Shown: piece by piece, positions 1 to 8,181 of the stretch
Numbering within the stretch: the first letter of the stretch is position 1
How the letters are laid out: the number at the start of each line of letters is the position of its first letter
IMG/VR virus record: IMGVR_UViG_3300012953_000151
Coordinates: 1-29,429 of that record
Source of the DNA: a virus
Taxonomy: Duplodnaviria > Caudoviricetes
Direction: 5' to 3' (one strand)
DNA length: 29,429 bases
Notes under the pieces: model-generated
Databases searched by the model: none
Told to the model about the DNA's origin: nothing
Seen by the model: only the letters and a program-made list of their open reading frames with translations
Position numbers and translations under genes: made by a program

Positions 1-208
1 GCTCTGACCTTTCCCAACCTACGTCGATATCATACGCTACACCGTAAATTATTAAAATTTACGCTATACCGTATTATCCCCTGCCTCGTTCCTAGTGCTA
101 GGGGTTTTCGTAGCATACAGCCTGTTGAACGACACCAGAATCTGAACATATGTCATATGTCCTCAAGGTGAGTCGAGCTTCTCGACCAATCAGTGTTCTA
201 TAGTTTGC
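1..208 (-). ncRNA. Candidate structured non-coding RNA, truncated at window start
   Basis: No ORF; visibly more GC-rich than the other intergenic spacers; nested complementary segments: 172-177/181-186, 146-151/155-160, 133-136/167-170, 43-50/56-63, 32-36/70-74, 19-23/109-113, 78-82/100-104. G-U pairs extend several stems when read on the minus strand. Confidence 0.5.
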
Positions 209-631
209 CTAAAGTGATTTAAGATGTTCTGTTAAGATTTTTGAACTGCCCACTCGCACATTGATAATACCATTATAGTATTCATCTGTTTCTAATACTC
301 TGCGATCAAACTGTTCTTTTGCCTCTATGTAACTTAATACGCCTCTACTTGGACAATAATGTAAAATTTCTCTAGTAAAGCTATCTTTGCCTAGTTTCAG
401 CACGTCTGCATTCAAATGATCTGATGATCCCCAATAATCTTTCCAATCACTTTCTTTGTGTCCGCGCCTTTTATTCTTTTTGCCTTTAAGTGGTGGCTTA
501 GTTGTTTTAAATCTTGCTAGTTTTTTGCCTATGTACTTTCGATTATTAGTAAGATTTGTAATAAGATATACAAATCCTTCGCAATCTTGAGGTAATTGCT
601 TTATTTCTTCTCCTCGATAAGTCCATTGCAT
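209..631 (-). CDS. Stand-alone GIY-YIG family endonuclease (140 aa)
   Basis: GFVYLITNLTNNRKYIGKK (GIY-YIG variant), YWGSS, FTREIL, catalytic-type Glu in YIEAKEQ, YYN; catalytic domain only, no long DNA-binding tail. Confidence 0.85.
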   Translation of the reverse strand: MQWTYRGEEIKQLPQDCEGFVYLITNLTNNRKYIGKKLARFKTTKPPLKGKKNKRRGHKESDWKDYWGSSDHLNADVLKLGKDSFTREILHYCPSRGVLSYIEAKEQFDRRVLETDEYYNGIINVRVGSSKILTEHLKSL

Positions 632-635
632 TCTG

Positions 636-641
636 TACTTA
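636..641 (-). promoter_or_regulatory. Possible late promoter variant TAAGTA, 4 nt upstream of the GIY-YIG ATG
   Basis: Minus strand reads AGGTAAGTACAGAATG, the same layout as AGGTAAATACGTTATG upstream of gp25. Confidence 0.4.
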
Positions 642-642
642 C

Positions 643-849
643 CTAGGCCTCTGGTTCGTCCTGACCTTTCTTGACTTTGAACGTTGTATGTATTTCTTCC
701 ATACGTAGTTTTGCTAAACGTCTAATTTCACGTAACCAGCGTCTACTACTTGCATGAGTACGGTGTGAGAGTCTAGTTTCAAATGCTTCATTTGCTTTAT
801 AATACTCTAAGTATGCTTTTATAAGTTTATCATGGATATCGTCTTCCAT
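643..849 (-). CDS. Small basic helical protein, possibly divergent Hc1 (histone H1-like) family
   Basis: 68 aa, co-oriented within the operon; acidic N-terminal helix then Arg-rich helix (SRRWLREIRRLAKLR), similar in pattern to Hc1-like helical hairpins. Confidence 0.5.
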   Translation of the reverse strand: MEDDIHDKLIKAYLEYYKANEAFETRLSHRTHASSRRWLREIRRLAKLRMEEIHTTFKVKKGQDEPEA

Positions 850-857
850 TTTAGTAC

Positions 858-2630
858 CTATTCTACAATTTCTATGTCGTTTGCGTAACTAGTAAAGCCG
901 TTTTCTTTTACAACTCTTAGTACATGGTTAACACGCCCAACAAGTTCATCTTTATGTGAGATAAGATATACATTCTTCTTACCTTCACGACCCATTTTCT
1001 TAAGAACAGCCAACGAACCTTCAACACCAGCAGTATCCATGCCACTATCAATCAGCTCATCAATAAACAATAAGTTAATTTTTTGATATAGACTTTCCCA
1101 CACATCACGGAATGCAAAGCTCATGCCTAGTATAAGTCTATTACGTTCACCTCTACTTAGATTATCAAAGTCTAGGTCTTGTCCTAGCTGTGTAATTTCA
1201 ACTGTTAAGTCGTTCTGGAATACAACTTGATGCGGAAGTCCTAGTTTATCTAAGAAGTAAGTAAGTCTATTGTTTAGATATGCAAGATTCTGATCAATAA
1301 TCTTCTTACGTATAAACGAATCTTTGTTTGTTAGCAGTTTTAGTAAAAACTCTTGATGTTCTTTAAAATTATCAAGTCGATTTACAGCCTCCCAATTAAT
1401 TTCTTGTACTGCACTATTGTTTAATTCATCAATTTGTGTTTGGTAAGGATCAATTTCTTGTTCTTTATTAGACAATGACTGCTTTAGGCTGTCGACATTT
1501 TGTCTATGCTCATATGCCTCTTTAGCAGTTTCATAAAACGTATTAGGCTTACCATTAATATCACCAATCTCATCAAGATTAGTCATCACTTCAGTACATT
1601 TTACTTTTATTTCATCTGCATAAGACTTTGCATCTTCAAGTTCTTTATTTTTCTTTTCTAATATTTCGTCTTTTTTATCATCTTGTAACGATTGTCCACA
1701 AGTATAACAAGTAGCATCATCAAGATTAGAGATATCTTTAACAACTTTATCTACAGACGTGTCTGCACGTTGTAGTGCTGGCTCTAACGTACTTAATTCT
1801 TTTTTAAGAGCCATAATTTTATTATTATGATCGTTCCACGTACTTAATTTTTCATGCGACTCAAGTTCAATGTTAATATCTACATGTTCTAGTTCGTCTA
1901 TACTACCTTGTAGTTTTTTAATGTCCTGATCTTTTTTAGATATCCAAGCACGTTGAGTACCTTGTAAGTTTTCAATAGTTGCATTGATCTTCTCGTTAGC
2001 AGTTTGTATTGCTTCAATCTTTAAAGTTTCTTCAGTAACCAGTTCTTTAGTTTTTTTAATTTGTTCTTTTAACGACTCAGCCTTTTCAGATAGTATAGTG
2101 ATACCTAGCAACTGTTCGATGATTGCACGTTGATCATTTTGTCGCATTGCAAGAAACGGTTCAGTATATGTATTTAGAGCAACAATATGTTTGAACATAT
2201 CATGACTCATATCCAACAAGTCATTTATAAACTCTTGAGTCTTACGAGAATCACCTTGACTTTCGTCAGTCATTTCTTGTTCTTGACTATTAATATAAAA
2301 TTTTAGTAAATTTGGTCCACGTCCTCTTTCAATACGATAGTCAACACCATTTTTTTCAAAATGAAGTGTAACTAGCATACCTTTACTATTAGTTTTATTA
2401 ATTAAATTATTACGTTTTATGTTTGTAAGTGCTTGTCCATATAATGCATAACTTAATGCATTAATGATAGTAGTTTTTCCAGTACCATTACGTGATCCAC
2501 TATCATCTCCGCCTTGATCTAAGTTTTCACCTAGTACTAAGGTTAATTGTTGCTGGTTAAAATCTACAGCCTGGGTTTGATTGCCCACACTCATGAAGTT
2601 CTTTACTGTTAGGTCTTTAATCTCTATCAT
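858..2630 (-). CDS. gp46: Recombination ATPase subunit, T4 gp46 / Rad50 / SbcC-like
   Basis: KNFMS, Walker A NGTGKTT, long coiled coil, zinc hook CYTC, signature LSRGE, Walker B LLFIDE, H-loop ISH; overlaps gp47 by ATGA. Confidence 0.95.
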   Translation of the reverse strand: MIEIKDLTVKNFMSVGNQTQAVDFNQQQLTLVLGENLDQGGDDSGSRNGTGKTTIINALSYALYGQALTNIKRNNLINKTNSKGMLVTLHFEKNGVDYRIERGRGPNLLKFYINSQEQEMTDESQGDSRKTQEFINDLLDMSHDMFKHIVALNTYTEPFLAMRQNDQRAIIEQLLGITILSEKAESLKEQIKKTKELVTEETLKIEAIQTANEKINATIENLQGTQRAWISKKDQDIKKLQGSIDELEHVDINIELESHEKLSTWNDHNNKIMALKKELSTLEPALQRADTSVDKVVKDISNLDDATCYTCGQSLQDDKKDEILEKKNKELEDAKSYADEIKVKCTEVMTNLDEIGDINGKPNTFYETAKEAYEHRQNVDSLKQSLSNKEQEIDPYQTQIDELNNSAVQEINWEAVNRLDNFKEHQEFLLKLLTNKDSFIRKKIIDQNLAYLNNRLTYFLDKLGLPHQVVFQNDLTVEITQLGQDLDFDNLSRGERNRLILGMSFAFRDVWESLYQKINLLFIDELIDSGMDTAGVEGSLAVLKKMGREGKKNVYLISHKDELVGRVNHVLRVVKENGFTSYANDIEIVE

Positions 2631-3637
2631 AGGTCGCTATAAATGTCCATAAGTGTTTTCTTGTTAAAGTTATCAGAATCAATTGCGGCAATTTCGCCTG
2701 CAACTATTTGATCGACGGATTCGAATTGTTGAATATCTAACTCGGTAGATATTTCTTCAACTTGTTTTTGTGGAATTAAACTTATTTCTCTACACTTGTG
2801 TTGATTAATAAATGTTTCTTTAATAAAACTTGCTTCTTCGTAACTAATAGGCACATCAATAGTAACTCTTAAGTACATTTTACTTTTAATGATATCTTGT
2901 TTAGGGTCTAATAGTTTACTTAATGTTGTAGTTCTATATTTTGGACAGTCTTTCCAATCAATATACTCTGGTTCTTTATTATTTTCTCTGTCTAGTATCA
3001 TCATTCCACGTTTATCGTCCCATGCATCGGCATAGTTATGAGGAAATGCATTACCTATATAATGTACTGATCCTTGTTTTTGTCTTTTATGAAAGTGTCC
3101 ACTAAACACATATTCTTGATTATGAAAGTGCGAAGCCTGTAACTCGCCTGTATCAGGCATTTGTACCATAGCGTTCATATAAAAACTAGGAAGTTCAAAA
3201 TGCCCAAACATATACTTACTTTTTATATTTTTTATTTTTTTCCATTCTTCACCAACTAGCCAAGGAACTAGTGTTACATCATCTACTGTAGTGATTTCGT
3301 CAATAAAGGTAATACCAGGAATATGTTTAGCAAACGCTGTTGAATTAACGTCTCTTTTGTCTTTATAATAAAGATCATGGTTACCATCAAAAAAGAAAAA
3401 CTGTTCAAATGACTGACCAAGTTTTTCCATTGAACGTATTGTTGCGTCCATTGTAGTTAAGTTTAACGAATTTCTATTATGATGCCAGTCACCACAAAAG
3501 ATACCAGTTTCACAACCGTTATCTTTTGCATTTTGTATGAACCAATCTACAAATTCCTCACAATCGTCGTTGTGTACTTTACTATTGCCTTTTAATCCGA
3601 GGTGGATGTCAGTGAATACTGCTGCTTTCTTAAACAA
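2627..3637 (-). CDS. gp47: Recombination nuclease subunit, T4 gp47 / Mre11 / SbcD-like metallophosphoesterase
   Basis: Motifs TDIH, GDWHH, GNHD, GHFE, SGHFH; TTG start preceded by SD AAGGAG (3643-3648). Confidence 0.95.
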   Translation of the reverse strand: MFKKAAVFTDIHLGLKGNSKVHNDDCEEFVDWFIQNAKDNGCETGIFCGDWHHNRNSLNLTTMDATIRSMEKLGQSFEQFFFFDGNHDLYYKDKRDVNSTAFAKHIPGITFIDEITTVDDVTLVPWLVGEEWKKIKNIKSKYMFGHFELPSFYMNAMVQMPDTGELQASHFHNQEYVFSGHFHKRQKQGSVHYIGNAFPHNYADAWDDKRGMMILDRENNKEPEYIDWKDCPKYRTTTLSKLLDPKQDIIKSKMYLRVTIDVPISYEEASFIKETFINQHKCREISLIPQKQVEEISTELDIQQFESVDQIVAGEIAAIDSDNFNKKTLMDIYSDL

Positions 3638-3663
3638 ACCTGCTCCTTTTGTATCTCATTGTT

Positions 3664-3692
3664 ATTATACGGTATTTTTAACTAAAAGTCAA
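3664..3692 (-). promoter_or_regulatory. Sigma70-type promoter for gp47-gp46
   Basis: TTGACT (3692-3687), 17-bp spacer, TATAAT (3669-3664), in the gp55-gp47 intergenic gap. Confidence 0.8.
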
Positions 3693-3695
3693 CAG

Positions 3696-4529
3696 TTAAT
3701 TTTGTTTAGCTCTGGCTTCTGCTTCTCTTTTCATGTAGCTTTCCCATTCGCCCGAATGCTGTCTAGTATAACTTGGATCCATTCCGTTTTGTTCTAAAAT
3801 ATCATCTCTAATATTTTGATTACGTTTTTCTAAGTTGATAACTCTTACAAAACTATTAGTCACAGCCGCAGTATAATATGCAAATGGGTTATTAGATTTT
3901 GATTCATCAAACTGTAGACCAATTTGTGCTAATTGTAAAATTGCTTGCCCCTTCATTTCATCGTTATAAGTATATCCACGAACATTACCTCTTGTAGCAT
4001 ACCGTTCGCATAACTTGATCCACATATTGGCAAGTTTCGGAGTAGCTTGTCCTTCAGACTTAGTAAAATATCCGTTTTCCATACCACCAGTCCAATGACT
4101 TTTCCCTACACATACTAGTTCATCATTTTCATTAAATTTATAGTGTTGATATGGTGGAAAATTTAACTTTACTTTAGTATCGGCTATTGTTTTAGGATTT
4201 TTCTTTCTACCTTTTTCTTCAGGAATATGTTCAAATGTCATAATTCTAAAAACTAGTTCTTGTTTAGTAATTTTTTTATAATCTACTTCACATTCAGCAA
4301 GTTTTACTTTAATACCTTGTGCTTTTTTACTATCATAGTCAGCTAAACCAAGTCTTTTAGCTTTATTTCTTTTTGCTTCAGCTATAGTACGTATGTTTAT
4401 TCTATCTATACTAGGTAAAATTACATCGTACTGATGATAAGAGTCATCAGTGAAGCTACTAAACGTACCTTTTGATTTATGTATTTCGGATAATATATCC
4501 TTATTGTTTAAATAATTTACTTTTTTCAT
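3696..4529 (-). CDS. gp55: Late-transcription sigma factor, T4 gp55-like, with a large insertion
   Basis: N-terminal NYLNNKD, GYTYNDEM, FDESKSNNPFAYYT are gp55-type motifs; upstream of gp47-gp46 as in T4-like phages; SD GGAG. Confidence 0.85.
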   Translation of the reverse strand: MKKVNYLNNKDILSEIHKSKGTFSSFTDDSYHQYDVILPSIDRINIRTIAEAKRNKAKRLGLADYDSKKAQGIKVKLAECEVDYKKITKQELVFRIMTFEHIPEEKGRKKNPKTIADTKVKLNFPPYQHYKFNENDELVCVGKSHWTGGMENGYFTKSEGQATPKLANMWIKLCERYATRGNVRGYTYNDEMKGQAILQLAQIGLQFDESKSNNPFAYYTAAVTNSFVRVINLEKRNQNIRDDILEQNGMDPSYTRQHSGEWESYMKREAEARAKQN

Positions 4530-4550
4530 TTTTTCTCCAGGTTATACTCT

Positions 4551-4579
4551 ATTATAATGTATGTACTTAATTTTGTCAA
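4551..4579 (-). promoter_or_regulatory. Perfect consensus sigma70 promoter for gp55
   Basis: TTGACA (4579-4574), 17-bp spacer, TATAAT (4556-4551). Confidence 0.85.
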
Positions 4580-4586
4580 CTAAATA
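4557..4586 (+). promoter_or_regulatory. Late promoter for the baseplate operon (TAAATA) with a putative upstream element
   Basis: TAAATA at 4581-4586 (T4 late consensus is TATAAATA), followed by SD AGGAG; this 30-mer is 22/30 identical to 10425-10454. Confidence 0.65.
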
Positions 4587-4608
4587 ATGTATAGGAGTTA
4601 CCAAAAAT

Positions 4609-5457
4609 ATGGCAACAATAAATTCAACAATTAGAAGTGCTTTAGCAACAACCGGCGGACAATTAGCCAATGCGGCTGCAAGCGTATCTGCAACAGTTGG
4701 TTCAGAAGCATTAAACATAGGTGAAGGAATCACCGGCGGCGCAGTACAACGTGTTACTGATTTTTTATCTGATACAGGTTTTGGTAAAGCTGCCAGAGCA
4801 TTAAATTTGTTACCGGGTGCAAATCCAAGAGCAAAAGGCATCGTAGGTGCAACCTTTGGATCTTCATCCGAATATGATTGGCGTGTCAAATTAAGTATTC
4901 CGTCCACAATGCAAAGCAGTCCTTTATTAGCACCTTTAGCTGAAACAGGCGGTATGGTTTTTCCATATACTCCACAAATTATGATGCAACATGATGCAGC
5001 ATATCAGGCTGTTACCCCTGTACATAGTAATTATCCTTATTTTGCATATCAGAACTCAGATCCGAAAGCAATGGTAGTAACCGGACATTTTATGATAGAA
5101 AATACTCTTGAAGGATTATATTGGATTGCAGCTGTACATTATTTACGTTCCGTTACTAAAATGGCATACGGTGATACCAGTAATCAAGGATCACCACCAC
5201 CTCTTGTAAAATTAACTGGGTATGGTGATTATGTTTTACCTAATGTTCCTGTTATTATTACAAACTTTACAGTTAACTTAGAACCAGATGTTGATTACAT
5301 GAAAGTTGATATAGGTCCAAAAGGATCTTGGGTACCAATTTCTAGTATGATATCGGTAACTTGTCAACCAATTTACAGCAGACGCAAAGTTGCAAAATTT
5401 AGTCTTGATGATTTTGTTAACGGTGGAAGCCTTGTAGACGGAGATGGATTTATTTAA
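4609..5457 (+). CDS. Baseplate tail-tube cap/initiator (T4 gp48/gp54-like, tube fold)
   Basis: SPPPLVKL..YG..LPNVPVIITNFTVNL pattern typical of tube-initiator proteins; immediately upstream of the gp53-like gene; Ala/Gly/Ser/Thr-rich N-terminal ~85 aa. Confidence 0.6.
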   Translation: MATINSTIRSALATTGGQLANAAASVSATVGSEALNIGEGITGGAVQRVTDFLSDTGFGKAARALNLLPGANPRAKGIVGATFGSSSEYDWRVKLSIPSTMQSSPLLAPLAETGGMVFPYTPQIMMQHDAAYQAVTPVHSNYPYFAYQNSDPKAMVVTGHFMIENTLEGLYWIAAVHYLRSVTKMAYGDTSNQGSPPPLVKLTGYGDYVLPNVPVIITNFTVNLEPDVDYMKVDIGPKGSWVPISSMISVTCQPIYSRRKVAKFSLDDFVNGGSLVDGDGFI

Positions 5458-5759
5458 TGGCTACTTATGATAACGAAAGTCCTTACGCTAATACTAACGT
5501 TGTAAACGGTCAATATTTAGATATTCTAAGTATTAGACCTGTACCTGCATATGATGACGATATAATTTATACTATAGAATCACAATATCAGTATAGGCCA
5601 GACTTATTAGCATACGATCTTTACGGATCAACAAAATTATGGTGGGTATTTGCTCAACGTAACATGAATTTAATAAAAGATCCTGTATATGACATGACTA
5701 CAGGTACAAAAATTTACCTCCCTCAAGGATCAAAGCTAACAGAAGTTTTAGGAGGATAA
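5457..5759 (+). CDS. gp53: Baseplate wedge protein, T4 gp53-like (LysM)
   Basis: YRPDLLAYDLYGSTKLWWVFAQRN motif and terminal GTKIYLP; TAATG overlap with upstream gene. Confidence 0.85.
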   Translation: MATYDNESPYANTNVVNGQYLDILSIRPVPAYDDDIIYTIESQYQYRPDLLAYDLYGSTKLWWVFAQRNMNLIKDPVYDMTTGTKIYLPQGSKLTEVLGG

Positions 5760-5760
5760 G

Positions 5761-8181
5761 TTGGATCCTTTTTTAATAAGCCCAAACATAGATATCAACG
5801 GACTTAGAAGTGCAGTTGAAGGCTCTGCTAGTGAAATTAAAGGTGCTATAGAGTCAAAGGCTAGAACTGTTGAAACACTAGCAAATTCTCTATCAGGCCC
5901 TGAATTATTTACAAGTTTTTTTAGAACTGTGTTATCTAGAGCAGTAGGTGCACCTCCTTTTCCTAATCCTTTAGAACCTTATGCAAGTGTAAATTATATT
6001 TGGACATTATCATGCTTGACAGTTGACGAATTAAACAGACCAGATGCTACTTACAGACGATACGGACCAAAAAAAATTATTTGTCGATCAGGCGGTTCTG
6101 GCGCACAAAAAGTTAAAACAGCTACAGAGCTTGCATTAGGCGGCGTAGAATTTTATATAGATGATGTTGAAGTCAATACAGTAATTACACACAATAAAGG
6201 TACAAAACAAGCTGATGCTATTAACGGATCTTTTAAAATATTTGAACCATATAGTATGGGATTATTCTACGAAACATTGCAAGTTGCAGCACTAAGTTGC
6301 GGGTATAAAAATTATATTGACGCTCCTTTTATGCTAACTTTACATTTTAAAGGATATGACGATAACGGCAATGTAAGTCAGGTACCTGGAACTACTAGAT
6401 ATTTTCCAATACATATTATTAATAGTACTTTTAATGTTACAGAGCAGGGGAGTACTTATGATGTAGCATATGTAAAACATAATGATCAAGGATTTGGTGA
6501 TAACACACAATCTACTAAAAACGATTTGAATTTATCTGGAAGTACTGTACAAGAACTTTTACAAACCGGAGGAAAAAGTTTAACAAGTGTGTTAAACGAA
6601 AGATTATTAAAAGGTAAAGAAGCCAAACAAGTTAGTAAAACAGATCAATATATAATAATGTTTCCTAAAGACAGAAGTAGTGCTAAAGAAGCAATATTAG
6701 GTAAGCCTAGTGAATCAGCAACCGGCGCAACTACTACAACTCCTGCAGAAGGAGAATTAAAAGATTTAAGCCAAGAAAGAAAACAAGAAATATTTCAAAG
6801 TATTGCTGGAATACAAGCAGGAGATGTTCCTAAAAAGTTTGACGAAACTATAAACAAGTTGTTGGGTATTACAATACAAAGATCAGAAGTTGGAGAAACT
6901 ATAAGAAAGTATGCAGAAAATCCTGAAAATATAAATTCAATTGGACAAGCAAAAATAGTTAAGTCAAAAAACGATGCTGGAACAAAACCGCAAACAGAAC
7001 CTAATGTTGCAACAATGTCTAACGGAGTAGTATGCAGGGCAAAATGTCAAGTACCAGAAACAGTAAGAACTTTTCAGTTTAAGTCGGGTACAAAAATACA
7101 AGATATTATTGAAGAAATTATTATTGCAAGTGAGTACGGTAGAGGGTTAAAAGAAAGATTAAAAAATACAGATAAAAATAACATGGTAGATTGGTTTAAA
7201 ATTGAATCACAAGTGTTTGAAACAAGCGATGCTGCTACTGTAGACTCTACAGGCAAGAACCCAAAAATATTTTTATTTAGGGTCGTACCTTATAAGGCAA
7301 ATGCTGGAAGATTTGCATCTCCAAGTAAAGCAACACCTAAGATAGAACAGTTAAAATTACAAGCCGCTAAAGAGTACAATTATATATACACAGGAAAAAA
7401 TAAAGATGTGTTAGATTTTGATATACAATTTAACAATGCATTTTTTGTTGGTATTGGAGCACAAAAAGGACAAGCATCTAAAGATAGTAAAACTAGTTCA
7501 CAAGGAACAGCAGTAGCTTCAGATAAAGAATCATCTAATCAACAAAACCCTGGCGATGCAAAAGTTTTACCTCCAGAAGGTATAGCAAAAGTTACAGAGC
7601 AAGCAAAGAAAACTCTTGCACCAGGAGGCGGTGGTGGACAAGAATGGAGCGAAACACAAGTTGCTCGTCAGTTCAACGAAGCATTGTTAGATAGTCCTGT
7701 AGATTTAATTAAAGTTGAGTTAAAAATATGGGGAGATCCTTTTTGGCTCAATGATAGCGGTGCCGGAAATTATACAGCAGAGCAAACTGAATTTATTAAC
7801 ATTACAAAAGACGGAAGCGCCGACTTCCAAAGTTCTGAAATAGATTGTATTTTAAATTTTAGAACACCATTTGATTTGAACGAAGAAGGATTTATGCAGT
7901 TCAACGGAAAAACAGTACCTACAAAAGCATTTAGTGGATTATATCAATGCATTGGTGTTCAAAGTGAGTTCAGTGGAGGAAAGTTTGAACAAACTCTTAA
8001 ATTAGTCAGGCGCAGAAATCAACAAGAACCTAAAAAATCTGAAAATCCAGCACAAAAAACTAAAACAGCTGCAGGTCTTAACATTACTAATCCACCAGCT
8101 GCAGATACTGGTAATGCACTTTACATTGATGGTAACGAAGAAAGCAAAATTGACAAAGGTGTGGATCATGGAGGGTCATAA
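5761..8181 (+). CDS. Baseplate hub protein (T4 gp27 / P2 GpD-like), enlarged (806 aa)
   Basis: C-terminal LKIWGDP and FSGLYQCIGVQSEFSGGKFEQTLKLVR are hub-type motifs; lies between gp53 and the spike gene; TTG start with SD GGAGG. Confidence 0.65.
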   Translation: MDPFLISPNIDINGLRSAVEGSASEIKGAIESKARTVETLANSLSGPELFTSFFRTVLSRAVGAPPFPNPLEPYASVNYIWTLSCLTVDELNRPDATYRRYGPKKIICRSGGSGAQKVKTATELALGGVEFYIDDVEVNTVITHNKGTKQADAINGSFKIFEPYSMGLFYETLQVAALSCGYKNYIDAPFMLTLHFKGYDDNGNVSQVPGTTRYFPIHIINSTFNVTEQGSTYDVAYVKHNDQGFGDNTQSTKNDLNLSGSTVQELLQTGGKSLTSVLNERLLKGKEAKQVSKTDQYIIMFPKDRSSAKEAILGKPSESATGATTTTPAEGELKDLSQERKQEIFQSIAGIQAGDVPKKFDETINKLLGITIQRSEVGETIRKYAENPENINSIGQAKIVKSKNDAGTKPQTEPNVATMSNGVVCRAKCQVPETVRTFQFKSGTKIQDIIEEIIIASEYGRGLKERLKNTDKNNMVDWFKIESQVFETSDAATVDSTGKNPKIFLFRVVPYKANAGRFASPSKATPKIEQLKLQAAKEYNYIYTGKNKDVLDFDIQFNNAFFVGIGAQKGQASKDSKTSSQGTAVASDKESSNQQNPGDAKVLPPEGIAKVTEQAKKTLAPGGGGGQEWSETQVARQFNEALLDSPVDLIKVELKIWGDPFWLNDSGAGNYTAEQTEFINITKDGSADFQSSEIDCILNFRTPFDLNEEGFMQFNGKTVPTKAFSGLYQCIGVQSEFSGGKFEQTLKLVRRRNQQEPKKSENPAQKTKTAAGLNITNPPAADTGNALYIDGNEESKIDKGVDHGGS

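Noticed and set aside
1-208. tRNA, tmRNA or CRISPR array
   Set aside because: No cloverleaf or T-loop consensus, no tmRNA termini and no regularly spaced direct repeats.
1-642. Canonical group I intron with an embedded GIY-YIG homing endonuclease
   Set aside because: Only an R-like segment is visible. There are no recognisable P/Q elements, only 11 nt separate the nuclease from the intact upstream gene, and no interrupted host gene is apparent.
209-860. Stop-codon reassignment suggested by three consecutive TAG stops
   Set aside because: The downstream genes are not in frame with the TAGs, the proteins end at plausible lengths, and long ORFs including the 5130-codon one are open in the standard code.
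3537-3797. Plus-strand 86-aa ORF
   Set aside because: Antisense shadow across gp47 and gp55 with no plausible protein features.
4542-4907. Minus-strand 121-aa ORF
   Set aside because: Antisense to the gp48/54-like gene and runs over the promoter region; typical shadow frame.
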